Source: a virus. Taken from it: a stretch of DNA of 64,000 nucleotides. This document shows positions 18,584 through 28,965 of this stretch, piece after piece (positions within the stretch are counted from its first letter, which is position 1; every line of letters starts with the position of its first letter). The notes beneath the pieces are model-generated. The model did not search any database, was not told the DNA's origin, and saw nothing but the letters and a program-made list of their open reading frames with translations. Position numbers and translations under genes: made by a program. The DNA is taken from positions 64,001 through 128,000 of IMG/VR virus record IMGVR_UViG_3300026521_000466. One strand, 5' to 3'.

Positions 18584-18898
18584 ATGTTAGATAACATGCT
18601 TACTATTACAAACAAATACCCATACACAAAAGATACGATACGCAAGATAAACGCAGTAACCCAATGGCTGGAAGAGAAAGACTTCTTTATTATAGAAATT
18701 GACTTTACTACTTCTAAAAAGTTTTATGGAGATTTCAGTGGTTTATTAAATAGTTTAAATGTCCCATTGGTACTTCATCCATATATCATGTCTATAAATA
18801 ATATAGACTCCTCTGATATGCATATGACAGATATCAAAGAGTTAAAATTGGTAAATGAAGACAAAATAAAAAGTATACTGGACTACACACTGGGATAA
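18584..18898 (+). CDS. Small conserved chimallivirus protein (probably virion/baseplate)
   Basis: Likely start is ATG 18584 after GAAAGG; motif GDFSGLL...P..LH..IM..N. Confidence 0.55.
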   Translation: MLDNMLTITNKYPYTKDTIRKINAVTQWLEEKDFFIIEIDFTTSKKFYGDFSGLLNSLNVPLVLHPYIMSINNIDSSDMHMTDIKELKLVNEDKIKSILDYTLG

Positions 18899-18912
18899 TC
18901 CAGTGTGTAGTC
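18881..18912. terminator. 13-bp hairpin at a convergent junction
   Basis: GACTACACACTGG-gataat-CCAGTGTGTAGTC. Confidence 0.65.
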
Positions 18913-18914
18913 TA

Positions 18915-20186
18915 TCAATACCATGGAAGGTCGTCATCTATAAATTCCGATTCGCCAAAACCATAGTCGTCCCTGCGTCTTCTCTGCGGCCTGAAGAAGT
19001 CATCTACCCCATCATCCACATATGAGATTCTTCTTTTTCGTCTACTCGGTCTGAAGAAATCATCTACATCATCATCCTCTATAAACTCATCCCTTCTTCT
19101 TTTAACAGGTCTTCGCTTTTTCCTTTTTGGAGTATAATATTCATCATCATAAACATCGTCCTCCACAAAATCATCCCTGTATCTATTAGATACGTTATGT
19201 AACTTTGAAACCAGCTCTTTAGCAGATACATACTCTCCACTATCGTCACTCTTTGATGTCCTGCGTTCTTTTGACTTTGTCCTAACGTCCGCTGTTTTAA
19301 CTACTTGAACTTTATCCTCATCTACAATTACTGTAGGCATGAACTCAGCTTCTTTTCTAAGCTTCTGTGCAATAGAAATATCCTTCACTGTCAACTCACC
19401 ACTGAACTCGTTGAAGAAAGTATCGCTGTCTTCTACCAACACCCAGTATTTCTTAATAAACTCATCCACATGAATAATAGCTTTCATAAGTGCTGTGGTG
19501 TCAGATATACCATCTACATTAGAAACTCCGAGAATATTTCCAAGTTCTTCTGCGAAGAATGAGAAAATGGCTTTATATACTCTTAAATCCGTTTTCCTCA
19601 TCTTACTATTGCCAAGCTTAGTATTCTCCTCTAAGGCCTCTTTAAGCTCGTTTAAAACAGGGTACTGAACCACTACGCCTGATGCAAACTCTTCACCCTC
19701 ATATGTAACTTTATGTCTTTCGATAACTTTGACAATATCAAGGTCGGTATTTTGCATAATGGATTTGTAGAAATTTTCCAGTGTAAGATCATCAATCTTT
19801 GATTTTGACCTAATCGTAGCCTGCTCCAACTCTTTATAGAGTGACTCCATCATAAAGAGCACTGAAGAGGGATATTCATAATCTGTATGCAATCTCTCCA
19901 GAAACACTAATGCCATACTCTTCAACATCATATTCAACTGTATCTCAAACACACCTATCACTTTCAGCAGTGGCTTTGAAATACCATCAAGAACATTCTC
20001 ACTCAATACATTGAACGGAATTCCTTTATGATCTAGTATTACATTATCATTTTTCCCCTCCATATATACATACAGCGGTAACTTGTTAACCAATAGAGGA
20101 GTCTCCCCCATCAGCACCTTGCCTTTCTTATCTACCGTGAGCCCTACAGAGCCCAACAGTTTCTTATAGAATTTCACTAGCGTCAT
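18915..20186 (-). CDS. Conserved chimallivirus protein (phiKZ gp70-like) with an Arg/Asp-rich tail
   Basis: FY..LL...GL...PFNVLSEN motif; synteny gp68-gp69-gp70-RNAP beta. Confidence 0.65.
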   Translation of the reverse strand: MTLVKFYKKLLGSVGLTVDKKGKVLMGETPLLVNKLPLYVYMEGKNDNVILDHKGIPFNVLSENVLDGISKPLLKVIGVFEIQLNMMLKSMALVFLERLHTDYEYPSSVLFMMESLYKELEQATIRSKSKIDDLTLENFYKSIMQNTDLDIVKVIERHKVTYEGEEFASGVVVQYPVLNELKEALEENTKLGNSKMRKTDLRVYKAIFSFFAEELGNILGVSNVDGISDTTALMKAIIHVDEFIKKYWVLVEDSDTFFNEFSGELTVKDISIAQKLRKEAEFMPTVIVDEDKVQVVKTADVRTKSKERRTSKSDDSGEYVSAKELVSKLHNVSNRYRDDFVEDDVYDDEYYTPKRKKRRPVKRRRDEFIEDDDVDDFFRPSRRKRRISYVDDGVDDFFRPQRRRRDDYGFGESEFIDDDLPWY

Positions 20187-20200
20187 AGCTATCCTTTCAT

Positions 20201-21610
20201 TTATAATAATTCACCAATCATACCACTTAGAGTTTTTGTAGCCATATCCAAATCTCTCTCATCGCCTACCACACCACCTGTCAATGATGATGTAAACATC
20301 GTGATATTATAACTCTCAACAGGTCTGTTGTAAAGTTTTACTCTAATGTTTGTTACTACAGGAGTAATATTTACAGCAATATCAAGATCCACTTCACCAT
20401 TTTTAGATACCACTGGGAATACCATAGTATTAATAGCTTCCAGAAATAGCGATACAAACGCCATTGGATTAGCTACATTAATACGGAGTGTTGCAGTGTC
20501 CCTTAATGGTTTTGTTATTACCTCTCCTGTCTTGGTCATATTCGTAGATTTGAATATCAGAGTCTCTATTTTAAACTTGCTATAGTACTCCATCATTAAG
20601 TCTACAAATTTCTCTGCTATCCTAGCCTCGGGCTTAAGTGTCTTTGTACTGGTTCCATCAAATACCCGTTCGCCATTAACACTGCCTGTTTGGAAAAGAT
20701 TTACTATTTTACCATAGTTTCTTTTCATTGTCGGCAATATTTCTACTAATGTACGAAACGAGAACGACGCGTGTGTCTCCAGTTCACCTCTATTAATAAG
20801 TGCGAATAGAGGATTTAGCTGCAATGAATCTTCCTGAACAAATGCCGATGCAGTCATTCCTATATCGAATGCATCATCTGTTATCTCAGATGCGTGCTTT
20901 GACACCATTTGTGCTTTCATAGACTTTGACAATATTGAGTATGGGTTATTTGATACAGATGATGTAACGTCATCTATCAATTCATTTGACATAAATATCC
21001 CATGTTCTGACTCACCTACAGAATGGGTGATGTTTAAATCCTCCGGTCTCATAGAGTATAGATTTACTTTATCGACAAACTCAGTGTCATTTTCAAGAAC
21101 ACTGCCTGTTGGAGTATGTAGAACATTATACGCACCCACAAGTTTTGCAGGTCCGTTTAAATCATACTGCTTTAACTTCAATACTGAGTTTACATAGAAC
21201 ATCGTATCAGGATCTATGATTCCTTTATGGTTTACCTCTGCTCTATCGGTATATCCTTCATAAATATATGTGTATATTGTATCGGGACTACCCTCTATAT
21301 ATGAAGCCTCTTTTGTTTTTAGCTCCAACTCAAAAGCAAACCTTCTACTGCCCCATCCTGATTCAATAGGTACATCCGCAAGATCAGATGTATACTCCAC
21401 CAATTCAGGCAGTTCTTTCATAACCTTTTTATCGTCTAACCAATTTGGTCCATATTTATCTATGGATCTCTCCATGTGATCTAACATATTGTGTGTTGCC
21501 CGATAGACCTTTCTACTTCTTGAGCGTTTATCCTTTGGATTTACCTCACGTAGTGTTAGTTTAAATGGACGCAGGTTAGCCAATGCCTCGTCCAATAGAT
21601 TGAATCCCAT
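20201..21610 (-). CDS. picA: Phage-nucleus protein import factor PicA/Imp1-like (phiKZ gp69-like)
   Basis: PI.SGW..RRF.F...GYT...DPDTMFYVNSV...MRPED motifs; immediately after the gp68-like gene. Confidence 0.7.
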   Translation of the reverse strand: MGFNLLDEALANLRPFKLTLREVNPKDKRSRSRKVYRATHNMLDHMERSIDKYGPNWLDDKKVMKELPELVEYTSDLADVPIESGWGSRRFAFELELKTKEASYIEGSPDTIYTYIYEGYTDRAEVNHKGIIDPDTMFYVNSVLKLKQYDLNGPAKLVGAYNVLHTPTGSVLENDTEFVDKVNLYSMRPEDLNITHSVGESEHGIFMSNELIDDVTSSVSNNPYSILSKSMKAQMVSKHASEITDDAFDIGMTASAFVQEDSLQLNPLFALINRGELETHASFSFRTLVEILPTMKRNYGKIVNLFQTGSVNGERVFDGTSTKTLKPEARIAEKFVDLMMEYYSKFKIETLIFKSTNMTKTGEVITKPLRDTATLRINVANPMAFVSLFLEAINTMVFPVVSKNGEVDLDIAVNITPVVTNIRVKLYNRPVESYNITMFTSSLTGGVVGDERDLDMATKTLSGMIGELL

Positions 21611-21629
21611 TTTTGTCTCCTTTTATTAT

Positions 21630-23120
21630 TTAAAATGCTAGCATATACTCTACTAATAGAGTCTTTATATTATCAGGTAGTATTACATTTTCATCTTCGC
21701 TATCTGTGTATTTAGTAGGAAGTATGAATTTATAATCATCCTCTTCAAAGTAATTTATTACCTTATCGATAGTGGCATCTATAGCATATGTTACTATCTC
21801 TTTATTTTTTAGTCTTGTTATAGCTTTTACTGGATACTTCTCCTCAATGCGCTCAAGCAGCTCGCTCTTTACAGGGGCTTTAAGATTGATAGAACTTAAT
21901 GAAAAGTCCAAAGATGTCTTTGGCTCAATGGCAAGATACTTTGCAATGTGAGAATATCCGTTCTCTATCAGATATGTGATAGTCACTACCAATAGATTTA
22001 CTAAACCATCACGGTACATTGATTCTATAGACCTACTATCTATAATCTTATGTGTTATTAATGCCATTAGTATTACAGATCCATTGTTTATAGAATATAT
22101 TGGTGTTCTCATCCGAGAAAGTGCTACATTTATCTCATTAAGTAACTCTATGTCTTTAACACCAATGTCATTTGCGAGTCTATCAATATTACCAGTTACC
22201 ATCTTAATAATGGATAGCTCTCCTATAGGCAATCTTGTAGACTGCCTGTACCCTTCAGTAACAGACTCACTATCATCATCCCCTGAATCATTCTTGAAAG
22301 TCTTCTTCTGCTTTACTGCATCTGTTAACTTCTCTTGTCCTGTGACTACACCTGTTGCATATTTGAATATTGATGCCACTATATTACCGCTTGATGGGTA
22401 GTTCATAGTCACCAATGCAATAGGGAACTTATTGAAGAGTTCAATGGCCAATACATAGTCGGTTAAATCATCAGCGGCAATACCTAGATTTAGAACACGT
22501 CTGTTCTTTGCATCGTCAGTTCTGGCAGCTTGATTAATATGCGCGTCTATGTAATCTACCAATCTCATCATCTGTGGTGTGTCAAACAAAGGATGATCCA
22601 TCATCATAGTTAATAATGAGATAACCATATACTTATCCTTAGTGATTGCTCTAATAGGAATAAGTGCCTTTGATATCATTACAATAGCCATTAGCCCGTA
22701 GAATTCAGGTTTTGTATATGTCTGTCTTCTAGTCTTCTTCATATCTTTCTCATCGTTGATGTCAAATTCATCAACTAATGAGTCTGGCGGTTTAATGCCA
22801 ATGTCCCTAAGATACTGTTCGACACTCTTAATATCCATAATGTCAAGTATGTCATTAATATACTTCTTCATTGTGGCATCACTATAGTTGTTTGTTGGGT
22901 CAAGTGAACCATACATCTCTTTATATAGAGTGAACAAAGCCTTATCCCTACCTGTTGATCTTACAAAGTCGTTAAATATCTTGAACTGAAAAGAGTCTCT
23001 TAATACTACCTTAGCTACTTTATAAGTAACATTGGAAGCTGATAACTCTAAGGTATCCCCTTTATATTCAATCATCAATTCGACTTGTGAGACCTTGTTT
23101 AAGGAGAATTCCATAAACAT
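21630..23120 (-). CDS. Sigma-like promoter-specificity subunit of nvRNAP (phiKZ gp68-like)
   Basis: TRRQTY...Y..L...K.LIPI and ESVTEGYR motifs; size and synteny. Confidence 0.75.
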   Translation of the reverse strand: MFMEFSLNKVSQVELMIEYKGDTLELSASNVTYKVAKVVLRDSFQFKIFNDFVRSTGRDKALFTLYKEMYGSLDPTNNYSDATMKKYINDILDIMDIKSVEQYLRDIGIKPPDSLVDEFDINDEKDMKKTRRQTYTKPEFYGLMAIVMISKALIPIRAITKDKYMVISLLTMMMDHPLFDTPQMMRLVDYIDAHINQAARTDDAKNRRVLNLGIAADDLTDYVLAIELFNKFPIALVTMNYPSSGNIVASIFKYATGVVTGQEKLTDAVKQKKTFKNDSGDDDSESVTEGYRQSTRLPIGELSIIKMVTGNIDRLANDIGVKDIELLNEINVALSRMRTPIYSINNGSVILMALITHKIIDSRSIESMYRDGLVNLLVVTITYLIENGYSHIAKYLAIEPKTSLDFSLSSINLKAPVKSELLERIEEKYPVKAITRLKNKEIVTYAIDATIDKVINYFEEDDYKFILPTKYTDSEDENVILPDNIKTLLVEYMLAF

Positions 23121-23170
23121 CCGTGCTCCTTTTTGTAGTGTTAGTGTATTCGATCGTTATACACTACATA

Positions 23171-23181
23171 TAAATAATATA
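23171..23181 (-). promoter_or_regulatory. Early promoter motif for the gp68-gp70 operon
   Basis: TATATTATTTA; shares 23 identical nt with the copy at 3228-3250. Confidence 0.65.
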
Positions 23182-23215
23182 CATTCATTTTAATCCCGTT
23201 AATAAAAGAAAGCAC

Positions 23216-23237
23216 CACCCTGGAATGATCCAGGGTG
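23216..23237 (-). terminator. Terminator after the capsid gene
   Basis: CACCCTGGA-atga-TCCAGGGTG plus a T-rich tail on the minus strand. Confidence 0.7.
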
Positions 23238-23247
23238 ATAATCAGTA

Positions 23248-25245
23248 TTACTGAGATACGTTTACAGTAAGCTTTTTGATCGCTAGGTCAAGACCTCTAA
23301 TTCTAACTTCTGTCAGTACTGGGTTTGTAATAATGTGTTCAAAGATTGGGTTCACAAGTAGAACTGCAACTTCTGTACCATCAACAGTTCTTGTTGATTC
23401 ACTTACTACAGATGGAGTAAAGTCGAATGCACCAAAGCAGAACGGATCATGCTCTTCTTTGTTAATAGTTGCGCCTCTGTATCCAAGTAGGATAGAGTCT
23501 CTTAGAGCTTTTTCATTTGTATACTCTACTTTTGCAACGCGCCCATTGATTTCAACTTCAGATCCAAGGAATCTTTTGAATTTACTACCAGCATTTACAA
23601 CAACTTCATATGCATAGTCAGATGCTTCAATAAAGTTCTCGAAACCAGAAGAGATAGTCATTTCGTCAAATTCAAGTTCAAGAAGATCAACAATAGCAGC
23701 TTTGATACTTGTTTTTCTGCCTTCATTTTGAAGTGAGTCAAGATAATCTACCATATTCATATCAATTGGTTTGTAGTATGGTTTTACAATTGTTTGCACC
23801 GGACCATCAAATACAACAGACAGAGGATTGTTTGTTTTTGCATATGTCTCTTTCGCTTCTTTCAGGAAATTGATCAGTGTCATATATCCAGAGTGTCTGT
23901 TTTGAGTTTTTTGTCCAGCAATAAGACCTTTCATAAAGTCGGCATCTGTATTTTCAAGTGTGCCGTTAAGACCACCGATAGGAGCTTTTGTATAGAAAGG
24001 TGTTTTTGCTCTTATTCCATATGTAGAACCAACACCCTGCGATGTGAGGTAGAGACCTTTGATTCTTCTGTTGTCATTTTTGAATCTTGTGTCGATCAGA
24101 TACCCATTCTCTGCCGGCTTATACTTAGCAAATGCATCTTTAAGATTGGAGTATACTCGGCTTGACTCATCAACTGGACCAGCTGCGGTAGTTGCGCCTG
24201 CAAGTGTAAATTCTGTTACTTTAACATCAAACTCTTTTGTTCTAAGGTTACCAGAACCGATAACTTGAACATCGACGAGTGCATTCAGTGAGTTTGCAAA
24301 ACCTGCAAAAATATTGTTGTCATCACCTGTAATAAGTTTCCATTGTTTTACAGGGATACTTACTCTCTTGTTAAAGATAACTTCAACATCATGCTCGTCA
24401 CCAGTTGCAGTGCCACGCCATTTAACGCCCTGGTAGTCTTTAACGCTGTATTCAAATCTGTCTGTATTATCAGCGTCAGAGAATGTCAAGTACAGTTTAT
24501 CAAGAACAACTGTGTCATCAAGAATATCTGTGTTGTTAAGCACGCCTTTTGAAAGCAGCACTTGATCTTGTGCAACATATCCGAGAGGAATCTTCTTACC
24601 TGCTTTGAATGGAGAAGTTGTTACTTCCTTACCGTTAAGTGGGCTTTTCACAGTAATAGTATAGTTTGCTGCAAGGAACTCTTCTGTATCCGAAGTTTTT
24701 ACTGGGATCAATCTGAGTTTATCTTCACCGAACGGAGAGCTCTCTGCATCGTTCATGAACTCGATGATAGATCTTTTGTTCTCTTTGATAGATTCAAATG
24801 TTGTATCTGTTACTTTATAGTCATCGATAACATAGATTGTTCTTACAACGACTCTGATTGTTCTGTATTTAGGGTTGTTCACATATGTAGGGAACAATGC
24901 TTCAAGGTATGCATCTTGCTTTGAACCGAATGTATTGAATGCAAGAGTTGTAGCCACTTCAACATCTGTTCTTGGCATAGTGAAATGCTCAAGGTTAAAA
25001 TTAGATGCTTTAGTGCCTTGGAGCTGTACTTCTTTAACACCTGTTGGAAGCTCTGCATCTTTTGAATAACATGCTGAACCTAGAAGTACTGGGGCGAGTG
25101 CGTTATTAACTGTGTCGCTTTCGAGGTTCGCATCCATTCTTGCGATGTCTGTAACCAATCTTTCACCTTCTGATGCGGTGATGCCTTTTGCAAAATCAAT
25201 ACCTGAATCGGCAACAGCTTTTGCTATGTTTAGTAAATGGGACAT
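23248..25245 (-). CDS. Major capsid protein (phiKZ gp120-like)
   Basis: NLE.F...LAFN...KQD...EALFPT, SPF..GK...L, N.NRR..G, DP.CFG, P..EHI...PVL motifs; neighbours the DnaB-like gene as in phiKZ gp118-120. Confidence 0.85.
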   Translation of the reverse strand: MSHLLNIAKAVADSGIDFAKGITASEGERLVTDIARMDANLESDTVNNALAPVLLGSACYSKDAELPTGVKEVQLQGTKASNFNLEHFTMPRTDVEVATTLAFNTFGSKQDAYLEALFPTYVNNPKYRTIRVVVRTIYVIDDYKVTDTTFESIKENKRSIIEFMNDAESSPFGEDKLRLIPVKTSDTEEFLAANYTITVKSPLNGKEVTTSPFKAGKKIPLGYVAQDQVLLSKGVLNNTDILDDTVVLDKLYLTFSDADNTDRFEYSVKDYQGVKWRGTATGDEHDVEVIFNKRVSIPVKQWKLITGDDNNIFAGFANSLNALVDVQVIGSGNLRTKEFDVKVTEFTLAGATTAAGPVDESSRVYSNLKDAFAKYKPAENGYLIDTRFKNDNRRIKGLYLTSQGVGSTYGIRAKTPFYTKAPIGGLNGTLENTDADFMKGLIAGQKTQNRHSGYMTLINFLKEAKETYAKTNNPLSVVFDGPVQTIVKPYYKPIDMNMVDYLDSLQNEGRKTSIKAAIVDLLELEFDEMTISSGFENFIEASDYAYEVVVNAGSKFKRFLGSEVEINGRVAKVEYTNEKALRDSILLGYRGATINKEEHDPFCFGAFDFTPSVVSESTRTVDGTEVAVLLVNPIFEHIITNPVLTEVRIRGLDLAIKKLTVNVSQ

Positions 25246-25338
25246 TATATTCCTTTGTATAAATTTTGTCGTAAACTTTTTTAAACTTGACTAACTTTTA
25301 TAAACAAGCACGTCTTGTTCATTAAATAGTTAAAATGA

Positions 25339-25785
25339 TTAATAGTACGCTTTCGATTTCGGTTGTCTATAAACCGCAGCGGCTTTCATAGAGATATAGT
25401 TTGAGAGCAGTGTAGAGTCTAATATTTCCGGGTCAGAGTGTTCTCCATAAAAGTCTACATATGCTTTAAGTATGCTGTATATTGATGCTAACGATTTGTT
25501 TTTCAAAATATCAACATCCTCATCCGGAATAACTACGACTTCTCCATCGTATTTATACCCAGCGCCTTTACTTGGAAGTCCTTCCATATAGATAGGATTA
25601 TTGTTCGTAACAATCATGGTTCTCGTCATTTGTGTGGTAAACATAGTTTTCAAAGTATCCATTATCTCTTTATCATGTTTGGAGATATGTCTTTCCAAAT
25701 CTGACAGGTCAACATCCAGTTGACCTTTTACTTCAAATATCGATTTTGGCATTATATATTGTATATTCATAGCGATCCTTTTCAT
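25339..25785 (-). CDS. Conserved protein between capsid and DnaB (gp119-like)
   Basis: 148-aa ORF; synteny. Confidence 0.6.
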   Translation of the reverse strand: MKRIAMNIQYIMPKSIFEVKGQLDVDLSDLERHISKHDKEIMDTLKTMFTTQMTRTMIVTNNNPIYMEGLPSKGAGYKYDGEVVVIPDEDVDILKNKSLASIYSILKAYVDFYGEHSDPEILDSTLLSNYISMKAAAVYRQPKSKAYY

Positions 25786-25854
25786 AGTGATTTTTAGTTC
25801 ATATAAAATTAATCATTGAGTGCTATTTATCTGAAATCAGAGAAGGAGAAAAAT

Positions 25855-27393
25855 ATGCCAATCACTATATTGATAGATGCAATTCTACTATTATTAAAAG
25901 AATCTAAAGTACATATGGAGAATAGTAGTGTAAATAAAATAAGAAATCTATTGGGGCTAAAAACGAATAAAAATGATAAATGGGTTTTAGGGGATGAAGA
26001 TGTAACATCAAAATTGATAAATATAATTAACGAACTATTAGACAATATTGAACATGAAGAACCCATTAATGTAGATAGTGTCTTAAGACGCATACGATTG
26101 GAGATAGTAGAAGATGATGAGCTGACTGGCGATGATTCTCTAAAAGAAACTATCGTCGGTATGCTTGAGTCTGCAAAGATACAAAAAAGCTTTGACGAGG
26201 AGATGAACGACATCAATACATTGAGTAGATCATTGACTATTTTCTTTACAAGAGAAAAACTAAAGAATGTCTGCAAAAATGTGAATTTAGAATTAACAAG
26301 AAATAAAACAAGAAATCCTTATAAAACAATGACGTCTCTATTAACAGAACTGGATAATTTATCTACAACAGCAACTGATATTGATGAGGAGATATTGGAG
26401 TTTAGTTCAGAAGATGTACATGACGATAAAAAAATGAATGAATTGACAAACACAATTAAGAAGAAACATATATTCAGAACAGGGTATATAGATTATAACT
26501 TAATGTTACAAGGCGGCATAAGAGTACCTGAAGCAAAAATCAATGCGGCACTAACACATAACTATAAAACAGGGTGGATACTATCAGTATGGGTATCTAT
26601 ATTATTATATAATAAACCCAAACCCACAGAAAAGAAACCATTGGCAGTATGGTTCAGTATGGAAGATGAAGTAATTGATATTATGGCATTTATCTATAGA
26701 CAAATAATGGTAACAGAAACAGGCAAAGTTGTAGATTATCCTGATATGGACCCGAAAGAGCTATTAAGATGGGTTAACAAAAGACTAACTGCCAATGGAT
26801 GGAATGTAAAAATAGTAAGAATAAAAAATCCATCAGATTATACATATAGAGATTTAATAAACAAAGTTAAAAAATATAGAGCCGCAGGGTATGATATACA
26901 GGCATGTGTAACTGATTATGCAGATAAGTTATCGACCGAAGGAATTAAATCAACAGGGCCTGTAGGTAGCGATAAGAAAGAGTTAGTGAGAAGATTGAGA
27001 AACTTTTTCTCTTCAATAGATTGTTGGTGGGACACACCTTGGCAGCTGAACCCTGCCGCCGGGGATCTTAGAAAAAGTGGAGTGGAGGATTCAGATTTCC
27101 TAAACTATGTTCATAATAGAGGATATTATCAGGGGGTAACAACTCTTGGTAATGAGATGGACCTTGAAATATTCACACATATAGTAAAAACAAAAAACAA
27201 TGGTGATTGGCTACACATAAGAAGAGGAAAGCATAAGATACCATCAATAGTAAATAAAAAATACCAATCTATGTATTTGCCATTTCCTTCTGATGGACCA
27301 ATTCCATTTGATTTACAGAGAGGGGAACCTATAAGCAGAAACAGCGTTAAAGAGGATAATGTATTTTACTCAATGACATCGGACCTAGTCTAA
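25855..27393 (+). CDS. dnaB: DnaB-like replicative helicase (phiKZ gp118-like)
   Basis: FRTG...N.MLQGG.R, variant Walker A AALTHNYKT, FSMED, DY, PWQL, RGKH; likely start ATG 25855 after AAGGAG. Confidence 0.88.
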   Translation: MPITILIDAILLLLKESKVHMENSSVNKIRNLLGLKTNKNDKWVLGDEDVTSKLINIINELLDNIEHEEPINVDSVLRRIRLEIVEDDELTGDDSLKETIVGMLESAKIQKSFDEEMNDINTLSRSLTIFFTREKLKNVCKNVNLELTRNKTRNPYKTMTSLLTELDNLSTTATDIDEEILEFSSEDVHDDKKMNELTNTIKKKHIFRTGYIDYNLMLQGGIRVPEAKINAALTHNYKTGWILSVWVSILLYNKPKPTEKKPLAVWFSMEDEVIDIMAFIYRQIMVTETGKVVDYPDMDPKELLRWVNKRLTANGWNVKIVRIKNPSDYTYRDLINKVKKYRAAGYDIQACVTDYADKLSTEGIKSTGPVGSDKKELVRRLRNFFSSIDCWWDTPWQLNPAAGDLRKSGVEDSDFLNYVHNRGYYQGVTTLGNEMDLEIFTHIVKTKNNGDWLHIRRGKHKIPSIVNKKYQSMYLPFPSDGPIPFDLQRGEPISRNSVKEDNVFYSMTSDLV

Positions 27394-27406
27394 GCTAGGT
27401 CCGATG
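27377..27406. terminator. 12-bp hairpin over overlapping convergent stop codons
   Basis: CATCGGACCTAG-tctaag-CTAGGTCCGATG. Confidence 0.65.
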
Positions 27407-28544
27407 CTCTGTCTAACACGATTAACGCGTCTTTTAAAAGTGCATATCTATCAATGATTGAAGTCATTGCAAGATCATGTAGATCAAGATAAACGCTCTT
27501 ATATTTTTTATAGTTCGGGGATGCGAAGTTTGCCATGCTGTACTTTTGCATTTTTGTCAAATCTTTAGTAAGTTTATCCAACTCTTTAGTTATCTCAGAA
27601 GTGAGGTCCTTTGCTACAGATATAGAGAGTATGTTTTTAAACTCTACCGGCTCTTCAAACTTAAGTATTCGTTTGCCAGTTACTCTCTTCAGCTTAAAGA
27701 CGTTATCTACTATAGTAGCGTCAACCGCACCTACCATTAAAACAAGCACGCCATCTTTATAGGGGCTTGATATAAATGTTTTTATGGACCGGTCTTTAAT
27801 GCTATTTATTTCTGTTTTTGAAAAATCAGATTCTTTATAGATAAAATCAATGACTGAAACATCAGCTTTATTTTGCTCAAGATTCTTCCATAGCAAATCA
27901 CGGATATCTCTAAGTGTACTCTCAGTAACATCCTCGCTGTTTAATATATCATAACATTTCATCACATCATCAATATGACCGCTATCTCTCTTCAAGGAGG
28001 ATATTAGTGCAGTTATACTGTCTATCTTATTGATAGCGATATATGATCTAAACGAACGCTCGACAAAATCATAATCGGATTGTTTAAGTTCAATATTGTG
28101 TCTTATGGAATTCTTAAATATATTTTTCAAAGTATCTATCTGGCTTTTACCTTTTACAGATTGAGTCAATCTCTTACTGAAATCAAATACTGAGTTTGTC
28201 GTTTTGGTTATTTTGGCAGCCAGTGCGTCTTTTATCTTTTTCATAGCCGATACACCCTCCATATTTAACATAGAGATAGCTACATCTTTGTCCTGATACT
28301 CTTTTGATAAAAGGGAAGTATCTACATTAGCAACTTCACCAAGCATAATTATTGTACTTGACAATACATTAAGTGTATCTAGCTGAACTCCCTCGGACTC
28401 AAGATTTGAATCCATAAAATCTTTAACTGCCGCACACTTATCAAACAACTGCACACTGACCTGATGATCTTTTGCAGCGTCCAATACAGAACCAATGTCT
28501 ATATTATATACTTCATCTTTACTTATTAGACTAGAAAGTCTCAT
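27390..28544 (-). CDS. Probable internal head protein
   Basis: SNLE/S and LNME/G motifs followed by an amphipathic basic helix (SAMKKIKDAL). Confidence 0.55.
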   Translation of the reverse strand: MRLSSLISKDEVYNIDIGSVLDAAKDHQVSVQLFDKCAAVKDFMDSNLESEGVQLDTLNVLSSTIIMLGEVANVDTSLLSKEYQDKDVAISMLNMEGVSAMKKIKDALAAKITKTTNSVFDFSKRLTQSVKGKSQIDTLKNIFKNSIRHNIELKQSDYDFVERSFRSYIAINKIDSITALISSLKRDSGHIDDVMKCYDILNSEDVTESTLRDIRDLLWKNLEQNKADVSVIDFIYKESDFSKTEINSIKDRSIKTFISSPYKDGVLVLMVGAVDATIVDNVFKLKRVTGKRILKFEEPVEFKNILSISVAKDLTSEITKELDKLTKDLTKMQKYSMANFASPNYKKYKSVYLDLHDLAMTSIIDRYALLKDALIVLDRASDLA

Positions 28545-28545
28545 A

Positions 28546-28965
28546 TTATCTCCTATCTAACGAACGCACATACTGAGTCAGTACGAGAAGAGTAGCTCTT
28601 GACGCTATGTGCTTTGTAGTAAACCCTCGCAGGTATTTATATAGGGAGATTGCACTATACTCTTTTAGTACATTGATATACTCTCCTCTAAAACTTTCAG
28701 TGTCGTCAGAAACAGCAACCTCTTCTCTACTAAGTGCATCTGTTACAAACACTTCAAGACCCATGTCAACTCCCTCTTTAATAGTGTTCAAGACAGATTT
28801 GACAGCATATTTTTGAGTGCCATACATATTGAATGTTACACCGTTCTCTATTTCCGAAAATGGACTATGTGGATTCAGATTTGTATTCTTGAAGAACTCG
28901 GAAAGCGTATCGAGAAAATCCATAGAGGTAGTTTTCTCACTGTATAAATATTCATATACGTCCAT
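28546..28965 (-). CDS. Hypothetical protein in the head gene cluster
   Basis: 139-aa ORF tightly packed in the operon. Confidence 0.65.
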   Translation of the reverse strand: MDVYEYLYSEKTTSMDFLDTLSEFFKNTNLNPHSPFSEIENGVTFNMYGTQKYAVKSVLNTIKEGVDMGLEVFVTDALSREEVAVSDDTESFRGEYINVLKEYSAISLYKYLRGFTTKHIASRATLLVLTQYVRSLDRR

